A DNA stretch of 64,000 nt, taken from IMG/VR virus record IMGVR_UViG_3300026057_000005; one strand, written 5' to 3'. Below are positions 45,336 through 54,886 of the stretch, piece after piece. The stretch comes from an uncultured virus (IMG/VR IMGVR_UViG_3300026057_000005) (Duplodnaviria > Heunggongvirae > Uroviricota > Caudoviricetes). The translations under genes were made by a program, and so were the position numbers. Numbering within the stretch: the first letter of the stretch is position 1; each line of letters starts with the position of its first letter. The notes under the pieces were generated by a model that was not told the origin of the DNA, did not search any database, and saw nothing but the letters and a program-made list of their open reading frames with translations.

Positions 45336-45541
45336 CACGCGGCCCTCGCCTGCGTAACGTTGGCCGCGCCGTTCGTGTTCGCCTCGTGCTTCGCGATGAG
45401 ATCGCGGATCACGTCGGAGAATCGAACGCCGCGCTCGCGCGCCCACTTCTCGACGAGCTGCACCTGGCGACGATCCATGCGGATCGATCGCGCGCGGCGC
45501 GGGGCGGGCGCGGACGGCTTGCGCGTTCGCTCGTTCTTCAT
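45335..45541 (-). CDS. ribbon-helix-helix (CopG-like) regulator
   Basis: RSIRMD.....VEKWARERGVRFSDVIRDLI. Confidence 0.7.
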   Translation of the reverse strand: MKNERTRKPSAPAPRRARSIRMDRRQVQLVEKWARERGVRFSDVIRDLIAKHEANTNGAANVTQARAA

Positions 45542-45650
45542 CGAAGGAGTGTGTAATACGTTCGTACGACGTTGGTCAATGTCGTTCGATCCGAAATCGT
45601 GATCGACCGACGAGCAATCGTGACGATCCCGGGCTTCGGCACGAACGCCT

Positions 45651-45956
45651 TTACCACGATAGCGGCTCGCCGTTGTCGTCAACGTCGTCGTAGTCGTCGC
45701 GATCGTCGCGCTCGTGCCGATCGCGCTCGTCGGCCTCGTGCTGCTCGAACATCTCGACCTGATACACGTAGAACGAATCGGCGAGCCACGCCCAATACTC
45801 CGGCGTCGGCTCGAGCCCCGCGACGACGACGTCGGCGAACCATGGGCGATCGGCGCCCGGGATCGCCAGGCATGCCTCCTCGAACGCGATCGCGTCGCTG
45901 ACGGCGTCGAATAGCTCGACGTACTGCGTACGGGTTCGGACGTCGTCGCCGTTCAT
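45651..45956 (-). CDS. acidic hypothetical protein
   Basis: AGGAG RBS. Confidence 0.6.
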   Translation of the reverse strand: MNGDDVRTRTQYVELFDAVSDAIAFEEACLAIPGADRPWFADVVVAGLEPTPEYWAWLADSFYVYQVEMFEQHEADERDRHERDDRDDYDDVDDNGEPLSW

Positions 45957-46100
45957 GGTTGCTCTCCTGGTGAGGCCGAACAAGTGTTCGACCGGATCAT
46001 CGTAGCGTACGCGTGATTCGCGACGATCGCGACGCGCGCCACCCCGCCGCTACCCCGGCAGATCCCGACATGTCGCCCGCGATCCGCTACCGTTGTCGGC

Positions 46101-46418
46101 ATGGAAAAGAAATTGCTGTTTGCGGCGCCCGTGTCATCGGGTGTTCCGGCCGACACGACGCCGCCGAAGATCGACGACGTTGCCGCCGAACGCCGCGCGC
46201 GCATCGTCGACGTCGTCATCCGCGTCGCGACCGAGCTCGCGCTGGGCGACCGCAAGCGCGACGAGGCCGGCTTCGCTTACGCCGGAGGAGAAGCGCAGGT
46301 GGCGCTCGTCGGTGCGTTGATCACGCTGGCGCGCACGTCGCGCGACCCGAGCGCCGCGGTCCGCCGCGCGCTCGAGATCATCGCCGGCGCTGATCTCACT
46401 CCGCTGGGCTCGAAATGA
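46101..46418 (+). CDS. hypothetical protein
   Basis: First gene of the rightward block; TACCGT 7 nt before ATG. Confidence 0.6.
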   Translation: MEKKLLFAAPVSSGVPADTTPPKIDDVAAERRARIVDVVIRVATELALGDRKRDEAGFAYAGGEAQVALVGALITLARTSRDPSAAVRRALEIIAGADLTPLGSK

Positions 46419-47062
46419 CGTCGACGTCAACGAACAGCCAACAGACGAGCGACCTCGACGAGATCGGGCGAATCGATCCGTTCGACGGCTTCGCCTGGAA
46501 GTGCGGCGCGTGCGCGTTCCTCGGAACGTCCGGCGCGAGCATGCGAGTGCACCTCGAAGACATGCACGCCGATCTTCTCCGCGCACCCGTGGAGATCGTG
46601 TGCCGAATCGTCGAAATCGAGATCTCAGAGGCGTTCGACGTCGGCGCCCGCGGACTCTTTCCATCTCGCGCCAAGCGCGACGTGACGTCGTCTATCCTTA
46701 CAGACGGGGAAGCGGTGGCGGCGCTGATGGCTACGCGCGTCCTCGCCGCCGGCATCGCGTGGGCGCGCGCCGACGCTCGCGCCGACGCGTACGCCGACCT
46801 AGCGATCGAGCTCGAGCGCAAGCTCGAGTTGGCACGCGTCGACGTGCGTGCCGAACTGGCGATCGATCCAGCGCGCAAAAGCGAATGGCATGCGGGAATT
46901 CGGGCGCAGTACGATCGCGTCGTCGAGGAATTCGGCCGCGCGTGCGAGCTCGAGGCGGCGACGATGGCCGAGCTCATGCGACTCGCGCGAGCCGCGCGCG
47001 TCGAGGCGATGAAGGCCGACCAAGGCGCGTACCTGAACGTCACGAAGGAAGGCACGCGATGA
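46415..47062 (+). CDS. C2H2-type Zn-finger helical protein
   Basis: WKCGAC.......MRVHLEDMH. Confidence 0.65.
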   Translation: MTSTSTNSQQTSDLDEIGRIDPFDGFAWKCGACAFLGTSGASMRVHLEDMHADLLRAPVEIVCRIVEIEISEAFDVGARGLFPSRAKRDVTSSILTDGEAVAALMATRVLAAGIAWARADARADAYADLAIELERKLELARVDVRAELAIDPARKSEWHAGIRAQYDRVVEEFGRACELEAATMAELMRLARAARVEAMKADQGAYLNVTKEGTR

Positions 47063-47421
47063 AGGTAGGAAGGATCACGAAGGCCGCGGCGCGTCGCCGC
47101 GAGGAGTCCGCGCTCGACGAGCTCCAGACCAACCACTCCTACCTGTTCTTCGAGCTCCTGAACAAGCGCGAGCGCTCGACGGTGATCGCGCGCACGTACC
47201 GACGTAATCCGACGGGGCCGGCCGTCGGGATGAAGTTGCGCGACGCCGTCGCGATCAAGCTCGTCGTGCCGGAGGATTCTGCGCTCGGCAAGCGCATCCT
47301 GGCGATGCGAAAGCAGAAGCCGATCAGGCCCAGGAAGCCGGCCGCGAAGCGCGCCATCGATCGCGCGCTCGGTCGCAAACCGTCGGAGCCGCGTGAGGCG
47401 AAGTCGAAGGAGAATGGCTGA
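47059..47421 (+). CDS. basic hypothetical protein
   Basis: GGAAGG RBS and ATGA overlap. Confidence 0.6.
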   Translation: MKVGRITKAAARRREESALDELQTNHSYLFFELLNKRERSTVIARTYRRNPTGPAVGMKLRDAVAIKLVVPEDSALGKRILAMRKQKPIRPRKPAAKRAIDRALGRKPSEPREAKSKENG

Positions 47422-47708
47422 TGCCGAACTGCTTCCAGCTACTACGCGACGGCGTCGCGGTTCCGCTCGCCACTATCGACGAGGAAATGTGCCGTCATTT
47501 CGACGAACCATGTCACCCGACGCGCTACTGCGAATGCTGGTATGACGTGATCGGCTACGGCCTCGCGATGGGGCAGTCCTTCGATCAGATCAGGTCTCAG
47601 ATCAAGTCCGATTTCGCTGAATACCCGAGACTCGTCGAGATCGCCGACTGGATCGAGCAACGCTTCAGCGTGAGCTCGTGGAGTGAGCTCAAGGGAGCGT
47701 GGTCATGA
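47421..47708 (+). CDS. hypothetical phage protein
   Basis: AAGGAG RBS; MPNCFQL...IDEEMC.HF...WYD.IG. Confidence 0.7.
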   Translation: MPNCFQLLRDGVAVPLATIDEEMCRHFDEPCHPTRYCECWYDVIGYGLAMGQSFDQIRSQIKSDFAEYPRLVEIADWIEQRFSVSSWSELKGAWS

Positions 47709-48159
47709 CGCTCCTCGGCCGGCACGTCCCGCTCCTGCATCCCGATCGCCGGCTCGATCGCCGGCACGGCGTCGCGCCGATCACGTCGCGCCCGTACCCC
47801 ATCGGGCGCAACTGCACCGCCGAGGCCGTCATCACGCCGCAGAAGCCGATCCTCGTCGAGGCGATCCGAATCGAGTCGTTGTGCGACGCGGATCACTGGA
47901 TGATCGAAGACGTGCGTCTCGGGTATCACTCCCTGCGGTGCTGGTACGGCTCGCGCTTCCTCGAGCGCCGATCTACGGCTCGAGCGACGGCAACAAGTTG
48001 CCTGGCGATGGCGTCGCGGTTCCGGTCGCGGTTTGCTTCGTGATCGCGGTGCGCTACGTCGGTCCGGCACCGCTCGGCGAGGTGTTCATGGCGTCGCTCT
48101 ATGGCGAGAACTACGTCGGTGATCAGGCGAACGCACGCAACACGCGGGTGCGAGCATGA
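47705..48159 (+). pseudogene. frameshifted paralogue of the capsid-like domain
   Basis: N-half (ITPQKP...HWMIEDVRLG) in one frame and C-half (VIAVRYVGPAPLGEVFMASLYG) in the -1 frame; junction near 47968. Confidence 0.6.
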
Positions 48160-48386
48160 CGACCGCCAAGTTCTGTGCGATCTGTACCGACCCGATCTCC
48201 GCAGGCACGAGCTCGAACAAGATTCCTCGGCGCGCGCCGCTCGGGCGCGACGGCGCGATGGTCGACGTTTGCGAGGCATGTGATACCGAGCATCCGCGGG
48301 GCGGGCGCTACGCGTTCAACGGCAGCGAGGAGGCCCACAGCGAGAACGCGACAAGTAACGGCAACCGAAGGACGCCGATCCGATGA
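48156..48386 (+). CDS. small Zn-finger protein
   Basis: CAIC...CEAC. Confidence 0.6.
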   Translation: MTTAKFCAICTDPISAGTSSNKIPRRAPLGRDGAMVDVCEACDTEHPRGGRYAFNGSEEAHSENATSNGNRRTPIR

Positions 48387-48702
48387 TCGTCGCGATCGTT
48401 ATCGCCGGTGTCGTCGTCTACTTTGTTGGCGGCTACTGGATCACGTGGCGCATCGTCACCGGCGGATGGAGTGGCGCCTGGACGCGTTCCGGGGCGGGTG
48501 ATTCCCGGTGACGCGCGATGACGATCGCAAGCTCGCGAGCGCGCACGCGTGCCCGGAATGCGGATCGAAGCGCACGAAGCCATGGGGCAAGGGATGGCTC
48601 GCCGGATCGCGCCGCCAGGCGTGCACCGAGGCTGCGTGCGGCACGGTGTTCCTGGTCAAGAAGGACGCCGCGCCGTAACGCGCTTTCTGGTAGGCTCGGA
48701 GG

Positions 48703-49236
48703 ATGCCGGAAACGCAGATCATCAACCCCGTCGCTCCCACCGTTCGCGTGTCGTCGCTCGACAACACGAAGATGCTCACCCATCCCGCCGCGGTGCCGCC
48801 CCGCCGCGGCACGCAGAAGCCGCGCCGCGAGATCGCCGGCGCGATGTCGTCGAGCTCGCCCAACGTCGTCATGAAGCAGATGCCGATCGAGATCGCGCCG
48901 GGTCGCGTCGATCGACAGACCGCGCCGGAGCGCGAGGCCGCGACGCGTCGCTCGGCCGCGGTCGAGCGCGGCGACGTCGTCGCCGGCGCCGAAGCGATCA
49001 CCGAGACGGTAACGTCGGCCGCGCCGACGTCCGCGTCCCCCGCGCTCGCCGGCATGCCGGATGGCGCGCCCGCCCTGCTCCTGTTCCTACTCGAGGCGGC
49101 GATGGCCGACGTCGCGACGGACGAGCCGACGAATCAGCTCGTCGATCAGACGACGGCGTGGGTTCGCGCGAACCTGATGGCCGTCGGCCAGGACGCGACG
49201 GAGATCGCGACCGAGATCGCGAGCGATCCGGCGTGA
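48703..49236 (+). CDS. hypothetical protein
   Basis: TGGTAGGCT and GGAGG immediately upstream. Confidence 0.65.
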   Translation: MPETQIINPVAPTVRVSSLDNTKMLTHPAAVPPRRGTQKPRREIAGAMSSSSPNVVMKQMPIEIAPGRVDRQTAPEREAATRRSAAVERGDVVAGAEAITETVTSAAPTSASPALAGMPDGAPALLLFLLEAAMADVATDEPTNQLVDQTTAWVRANLMAVGQDATEIATEIASDPA

Positions 49237-50111
49237 GCGAGCGCGGCAGCAATGCCGCCGGGATCCTTGGCGGCGTCGTTGCCGTCCTCGGAGTCGGCGC
49301 GATCGGGTACAGCGTCGTCGCCCTGCGACGCGCGCACGCTGCGCGCGCGGAGTCATCTACCCATCCAGCTCGCGCAAGCGCGAGCACTGCGAGTTCGCCC
49401 ATGGCCACGTCGACCAAGAATTTCAACGCCGCGTACTCGCTCCCGATCTGGCGCTTCCTGTTCACCGCGCGCAACGCGCTGACCAACTACCCGATCGACT
49501 TCATCATGGACTCCATCAAGGAAGAGTCTGGCGGCAACCCGTGCACGATCGGCAACCCGGAGCAGTACGGGCCCGACGGCAATCCACGCGAGCTCGGGAT
49601 CTTCCAGCTCTACAACCCCGACGATCTGAAGCTCGTCAGGCGAACAGGTGCGCAGATGCGCGCGTACTGCAACCCGAACAAGGTCCAGTATCATCTCCGC
49701 GATGGGCGCATGGTGATGGGACCGTCGCAGGAGGTCTCGCGCCTCTTGACCTCCGAAGAGATGGGGGCGGAGGTCGACGCCGTCCTGGCGAAGATCGGCG
49801 CGTCGCGTGCGTCGGTGCTCCGTTGCACGACGGAAAACGGCGTCACGTGGCCGCTCGACAGCAAAGACTTCTGGCGCCTGGTGAAGCTCTGGCACGGCCT
49901 CCCCGGGCTCGTATCGACCGGGCTGCACGCCGTTGCGAAGTACCTCGGGCGTCCACCGAGATCGTGGGCGGAGTACCGCCACCTCGTCCAGACGGGGACC
50001 GTCAAGTGCGATGCGGGCACCGAGGCGTACCGCGGCAACGACGGGTTCGCGCACGTGTTCGACAACGCCGAGAACGCCACGGCCAATATGCCGGGCCAGG
50101 CGCTGGCGTGA
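49233..50111 (+). CDS. membrane-anchored lytic transglycosylase / lysozyme-like protein
   Basis: N-terminal TM helix; IKEESGGNP and LGIFQL motifs of the SLT-like fold. Confidence 0.65.
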   Translation: MSERGSNAAGILGGVVAVLGVGAIGYSVVALRRAHAARAESSTHPARASASTASSPMATSTKNFNAAYSLPIWRFLFTARNALTNYPIDFIMDSIKEESGGNPCTIGNPEQYGPDGNPRELGIFQLYNPDDLKLVRRTGAQMRAYCNPNKVQYHLRDGRMVMGPSQEVSRLLTSEEMGAEVDAVLAKIGASRASVLRCTTENGVTWPLDSKDFWRLVKLWHGLPGLVSTGLHAVAKYLGRPPRSWAEYRHLVQTGTVKCDAGTEAYRGNDGFAHVFDNAENATANMPGQALA

Positions 50112-50431
50112 TGATGAGCGAAGCAGGAGACCACGCGCGCGCGATCGCGCACCATGCCGGCGAGCTCGCCGGCGACGCGAAGGACGCGATCGTCGCGCAG
50201 GTCGAGCGCCGCCCGCGCCTGCGCTCGGCCGCGCGCGCCGCGGCGCCGTACGCGCGCGCCGCGGCGTACGGGATGGCGTTCGCCGGCGGCGCGCTCCTGC
50301 TCGCGCGCCTGTTCGGACCGTCGACAGCGCGCCGGCTCGGCGACGAGGGCGGACGCGAGGCCGGGCGCGCGTTCGGCGAGGGCGTGCTCGAGGTGCAACG
50401 CACGCTCGGGCGCGGCGCGCGGTTCCTGTGA
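50111..50431 (+). CDS. small membrane protein
   Basis: Hydrophobic AYGMAFAGGALLLA segment; follows the lysin-like gene. Confidence 0.55.
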   Translation: MMSEAGDHARAIAHHAGELAGDAKDAIVAQVERRPRLRSAARAAAPYARAAAYGMAFAGGALLLARLFGPSTARRLGDEGGREAGRAFGEGVLEVQRTLGRGARFL

Positions 50432-50596
50432 AAGCCATCGTGACGTGCGCGCACTGCGGGTGGTCATGCTCGCGCGACGCACGGTGGCCCAAGCGCATCC
50501 CTCGCGAAATGTCCGAGCATCTCCTGGCAAACGCGAGCGATCCTGCCCACGCACCGCGACGTCGACTGCGCTAGCTTTTCGCGTTACAGTCCAGGA

Positions 50597-51064
50597 ATGC
50601 CCGAGTTCAGCATCTACAAGTCGGAGCACTCCGTCCGGATCGAGAACACGCTCCTGAAGCAGAAGATGCGCGAGCTCGAGGCCGAGAACGCACGGCTGCG
50701 CGCGAAGGCCGGCGAGGAACCGATCGCGGTCTCCGCGCTCGCCGCGAGCGAAGAGTCGACGTCGTTCAAGGCCGGCAACTGCTCGGTGCAGATCGGTCAG
50801 GGCGCGGGCCGCACCACGGGACAGGCGTCGGTGAACCCCGCGCGCACGCCGCGCCCGCCGCAGCGGCAGCCGCAGCAGCAGGTCGCTCGACGCGCGCCGC
50901 AACCGCAGCGCGGGTACCAGTACAGCGACGACACCGTCAACGGCGGCTATGCCGATCAGCAGGAGCAAGCACAGCCCGCGATGGTCGGCTCGCAGCCGGC
51001 CGCGCGTCGCGTCGACGACGGCGACGAGGCCGTCATGCGGTTCTCGATGCTCGAGCTCGACTGA
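50597..51064 (+). CDS. coiled-coil / Gln-rich protein
   Basis: TACAGT 6 nt before ATG; ends RFSMLELD. Confidence 0.7.
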   Translation: MPEFSIYKSEHSVRIENTLLKQKMRELEAENARLRAKAGEEPIAVSALAASEESTSFKAGNCSVQIGQGAGRTTGQASVNPARTPRPPQRQPQQQVARRAPQPQRGYQYSDDTVNGGYADQQEQAQPAMVGSQPAARRVDDGDEAVMRFSMLELD

Positions 51065-51067
51065 CTG

Positions 51068-51098
51068 TCCGGACGCGAAAATTTCGCGTCCTCGTCTG
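51068..51098 (-). repeat. dispersed hairpin element directly after a stop codon
   Basis: CAGACGAGGACGCGAAATTTTCGCGTCCGGA on the minus strand. Confidence 0.95.
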
Positions 51099-51226
51099 TG
51101 AATTCGGCCTCCGGCCGGGATGCAGATGAGACAGGGGGGTAGCGCTCGGGCACTTGACTTCCGCCGCGCATCGGCGATCCTCGGGGGGAAGCTAAGTCGC
51201 CGCCGCGCGACGGAAAGATCTCCCAC

Positions 51227-51667
51227 ATGTCCGACTCCTCGATCGAACCGGGCGGCGCACCACCGCCGCAGCCCAACACCCTGAACCCGAAGGTCGCCGC
51301 CGGCGCCGCCGTCACGCCCGGTATGCCGGTCTACGCCGAGTCGACCGGCGACATCGGCCCCGCGAAGGCCGACAGCGCGACCACCGCGTACGCGCTCGGC
51401 CTGGCGCTGATCAACGCCGCGAACGGCGAGCGGGGGCAGTACCGCTACTCGGGCCCGGTCCAGCTCCCCGCGACCGCGGACGGGTGGGGTTCGGTGCTCA
51501 ACACCGGGACCGCGCTGATCCCGGGCGATCCGTACTACGTCTCGCAGGCGAGCGCCGGCAAGATCACGCACACGCTGCCGGGCTCCGGCATCGTGTGTCA
51601 GGTCGGTACCGCGATCTCCGAGACGACGCTGCTCGTCGCGGTCTGCTCGCGCACCGTCGGCGGCTGA
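51227..51667 (+). CDS. putative capsid decoration/cement-like protein
   Basis: GMPVY...A.AD...LGLA...LIPGDPYYVS..AGKIT...QVGTAIS; paralogue of 6031..6552. Confidence 0.65.
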   Translation: MSDSSIEPGGAPPPQPNTLNPKVAAGAAVTPGMPVYAESTGDIGPAKADSATTAYALGLALINAANGERGQYRYSGPVQLPATADGWGSVLNTGTALIPGDPYYVSQASAGKITHTLPGSGIVCQVGTAISETTLLVAVCSRTVGG

Positions 51668-51686
51668 AGAGGATCGACGCCCCACC

Positions 51687-51723
51687 AAACGCCGAGGGTC
51701 GCAACGTGCGGCCCTCGGCGTTT
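51687..51723 (+). terminator. intrinsic terminator-like hairpin
   Basis: AAACGCCGAGGGTCGCA-ACG-TGCGGCCCTCGGCGTTT after stop 51667. Confidence 0.7.
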
Positions 51724-51770
51724 CTGCGTCGACGGTGGTAACGCACCGCGCGTTCATGGTACGAGAAGAC

Positions 51771-51893
51771 GTGTCCGTAACTTAACGGTAGAGGGCTGGG
51801 CGTATGTGCTGGCGCAATGCCTTCGGGTCGCGGACCCACGGGCAGACGGTGCAGATGAACCCGGCAGTGCCAGTTCGAATCCGGCCGGACACA
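51771..51893 (+). tRNA. tRNA-like gene with a ~59-nt anticodon loop (intron-like insertion); identity unassignable
   Basis: GTGTCCG/CGGACAC acceptor, TA linker, D-loop AACGGTA, CTGGG/CCCGG stem, GCCAG-TTCGAAT-CCGGC T-arm. Confidence 0.6.
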
Positions 51894-51942
51894 CGACGCG
51901 CGAACACGCAACGCACATCAAGGACAGGAAAGGCTAAACGAC

Positions 51943-53640
51943 ATGGCTGACGGACCCCAGCGCCCCACGTTCACGATCTCAGGACCCGGCGGCGGCCAGC
52001 GCCAGCCGAACCGCAACGGCGGCGCGCAGCAGCAGCGCGACGCCGAGCCGGCGCGAGACCCCGAGCTCGAGCGCGATCTCGCGGTCACTCGCAACGAGCT
52101 CGAGCGCGTGAAGAAACACCTCGAGCTCGCCGAGGGCGAGATCGACAAGATCCAGCGCGAGCCGACGCTCATCGCGACCGTCGTCGAGCTCATGCCGCCG
52201 CCGCCCAAGGAGCCGTCGCCGACGCAGCGCGACGCGCAGCAAGCGCGCAACGGCAAGCCGGCGCGCGAGGTGAAGCCGCGCATGCTCGTCGCGTTCGGGC
52301 CCGGCAACGCTGTCGACATCGAGCAGTGCGCGGACGTCAAGGTCGGCGATCGCGTGCGCTGCAACCGCAACACGATGCAGGCGCTCGGCATCGTGCGCGC
52401 CGACGAGACGCCGGCCGGCTCGATCGTGTCAGTCATCCGGCAGACCGGCATGATCGTCGAGGGCGACATCCTGGGCGTGTTGAAGGGGTTCCGCGCGATC
52501 GAGAAGACGCCGGGTTCGGGTCAGTACCAGATGTACGAGAAGGGCGAGCGCGTCGTCCTCGATCCCTCGCAGAGCTTCGTGATCTCGTCGCTCGGCACAC
52601 CGCCGGCGCAGTTCGCCTTCTCCGACGACGTGCGCGTGTCGTGGGATGACATCGGCGGTCACGCCGCGGCGAAGGCCGCGCTCCGCGAGGCGATCGCGAT
52701 GCCGCATCTCCACAAGGCATTGTTCGCGGCGTACGGCAAGCGCCCGGTGCGCGGCGTCTTGCTCGAGGGGCCGTCCGGTACCGGCAAGACGCTCCTGGCG
52801 AAGGCCGCTGCAACCGAGCTCGCGTCTGTCCATGGTCATAAGGCGACCGACAAGCTCCCCAGCGGCGCGTTCATCTACGTCAAGGGCCCCGAGCTCCTGC
52901 ACCCGTTCATCGGCCGCAGCGAGGAGCACATCCGCAAGATCTTCACGTCGGCGCGCGACCACTACAAGGCGCATGGCTACCCCACGGTCGTGTTCCTCGA
53001 CGAGTGCGACGCCGTCTTGGCGGCGCGCGACTCGAACCTCAACACGTCGCTGAATCAGACGATCGTGCCGCAGTTTTTGGCCGAGATGGACGGCCTCGAC
53101 TCGCACGCGACGATGATCATCCTGGCGACGAACCGGCCCGATCGGCTCGACCCCGCCGTCACGCGCGATGGTCGCATCGATCGGAAGATCCACGTCGGTC
53201 GCCCGCAGTCGCGCGCGGAGGTGTCGTCGATCCTGGCGATCCACCTGCGCGATCGCCCGCGCGCGAAGGTCGTCACCGCGCCCTGGCTCGCCGAGCTCTT
53301 GTGGGACGAGGCGCCGGTCGTTCGCCGGATCCCCATGATGGAGAGCGGCGCCAACTTCACGCTCGTGTGCCGTCTGCGCCAGTACCTCAGTGGCGCGATG
53401 ATCAACACGCTCGTCGAGATCGCGGCGACGTTCGCGATGCAGCGTGATGTCGAGGCAAAGCTCGGCGCGTCCGACGCCTCGGGCATCACCGAGGCCGACG
53501 TCCGCGCCGCGATCGACGTCGTCGTGCAGCAGTCAGCCGGCGGCAACCCGTCGGAGGTGCTCGGCGAGTGGCGCGCGCGATGGGATGCGCAGACGCAGGC
53601 GATCGTCGACGGCGCCGACATCGAGGCGGGTGCCGCGTGA
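51943..53640 (+). CDS. AAA+ ATPase, proteasome-associated ARC/PAN-like architecture
   Basis: Coiled coil plus two OB-like segments, VSWDDIGG, GPSGTGKT, VKGPELL, VFLDECD, FLAEMDG, ATNRPDRLDPAVTRDGRIDRKI. Confidence 0.85.
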   Translation: MADGPQRPTFTISGPGGGQRQPNRNGGAQQQRDAEPARDPELERDLAVTRNELERVKKHLELAEGEIDKIQREPTLIATVVELMPPPPKEPSPTQRDAQQARNGKPAREVKPRMLVAFGPGNAVDIEQCADVKVGDRVRCNRNTMQALGIVRADETPAGSIVSVIRQTGMIVEGDILGVLKGFRAIEKTPGSGQYQMYEKGERVVLDPSQSFVISSLGTPPAQFAFSDDVRVSWDDIGGHAAAKAALREAIAMPHLHKALFAAYGKRPVRGVLLEGPSGTGKTLLAKAAATELASVHGHKATDKLPSGAFIYVKGPELLHPFIGRSEEHIRKIFTSARDHYKAHGYPTVVFLDECDAVLAARDSNLNTSLNQTIVPQFLAEMDGLDSHATMIILATNRPDRLDPAVTRDGRIDRKIHVGRPQSRAEVSSILAIHLRDRPRAKVVTAPWLAELLWDEAPVVRRIPMMESGANFTLVCRLRQYLSGAMINTLVEIAATFAMQRDVEAKLGASDASGITEADVRAAIDVVVQQSAGGNPSEVLGEWRARWDAQTQAIVDGADIEAGAA

Positions 53641-54860
53641 TGCAAGACACCAAGAAGGCGCTCGGGGCAGCGATCCAGATGTACGAGGACGCGAACAGGA
53701 CGAAGCGCGAGCTCTGGTCGCTCGCGATGTTCGCCGACTGGACGGACGTTCGCGAGATCTGTCCGTCGCCGTTCCCGGGGTTCTGGCTGTTCAACCCGTC
53801 GGTGTGCATCGTCCCGCCGGGAAGCTCGAGCGCATGGGCAGGACGCATGCTCTGCACGATCCGCGCGGCGAACTACCACCTACCCGGATCGACGGCGCAA
53901 GCGTCGCGCGGACAGACGCCGGTGAAGAACCGGATCCTGATCGCCGAGCTCGCGCGTGGATGCTCGCCAGGCAACGAGACTCGGACCTACGACGTCAAGC
54001 GCATGGTCGAGGTGATCGTTCCGCCGGAGATCGCGCAGGCGTGGAATCCGACGCTCGGGCTCGAGGATCTCCGCCTGTTCTGGACCGCGCGCGAGGGCCT
54101 GTGCGCGACCGCCAGCGCGATGCGCCGCGCCGATCCGGACGAGCCCGACGACGGCGGGGCGCTCGAGATCGTGCTCCTCACGTTCGATGACGACCTGTCG
54201 ATTACGTCGGTGCGCCCGCTGCGCGGCGCGTGGTCAGCCGGGCATCAGAAAAACTGGTCCCCGTACCAGGGCGTCGAGACGTTTCGCGCGCTGTATTCGC
54301 CGCTCGCCGGCGGCGTGCACGATGCCAACGGTCGGATCGTCGACACGTACGAGCCCGTGCATGTGGCCGCGCTGTCGAGCGCCGCGCTGCGTGACGTCGT
54401 CGGACCCCACGCGACGCACGCCAGCGCGGACGCGCACCCGACGTTGCGCAACCAGCGTCGGTTCACGACGGGATCGATGGACGTCCACATCCGGTCGGGC
54501 GCGAACCCGGTCGCGTCGGCGTCGACGGCACCACGGCTCGCGCTGCGCGGCGGCACGCAGCTCGTGAAGACGCGCACTGTCGATGGAGTCGATCGCTGGC
54601 TATCCCTCGCGCACGGCTGCACGGTCGGGTTCACGAAGTTCTACTGGCACCGCTTCTACGAGGTCGACATCGACGGCGCGCTGCTCTCGCTGTCACCACC
54701 GTTCAAGCTCGATCCGGAGCACGGGATCGAGTTCGCGGCGGGCATGGCGCTCGACGACGACGGCGACACGCTGCACGTCTCGTTCGGCGTCGAGGATGAT
54801 CGCGCGATGATCGGGCGCACGCGGGCGAGCCAGGTGCGCGCGCTGCTCGTTGACTTGTAA
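53640..54860 (+). CDS. five-bladed beta-propeller glycosidase-like protein (GH43/GH130-like)
   Basis: FNPS, GLEDLRLF, QKNWSP, LRGGTQ, YWHRF, IEFAAG, SFGVED. Confidence 0.7.
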   Translation: MQDTKKALGAAIQMYEDANRTKRELWSLAMFADWTDVREICPSPFPGFWLFNPSVCIVPPGSSSAWAGRMLCTIRAANYHLPGSTAQASRGQTPVKNRILIAELARGCSPGNETRTYDVKRMVEVIVPPEIAQAWNPTLGLEDLRLFWTAREGLCATASAMRRADPDEPDDGGALEIVLLTFDDDLSITSVRPLRGAWSAGHQKNWSPYQGVETFRALYSPLAGGVHDANGRIVDTYEPVHVAALSSAALRDVVGPHATHASADAHPTLRNQRRFTTGSMDVHIRSGANPVASASTAPRLALRGGTQLVKTRTVDGVDRWLSLAHGCTVGFTKFYWHRFYEVDIDGALLSLSPPFKLDPEHGIEFAAGMALDDDGDTLHVSFGVEDDRAMIGRTRASQVRALLVDL

Positions 54861-54875
54861 CGAGAAGCGCGTTAC
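54857..54875. promoter_or_regulatory. operator-like site overlapping a putative -10
   Basis: GTAACGA-GAAGC-GCGTTAC. Confidence 0.5.
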
Positions 54876-54886
54876 GTTCTCTGAGC

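Noticed and set aside
51068..51098. Hairpin element as a simple intrinsic terminator
   Set aside because: No U-tract on either side, conserved non-pairing flanks, and many copies lie within ORFs or just before start codons.
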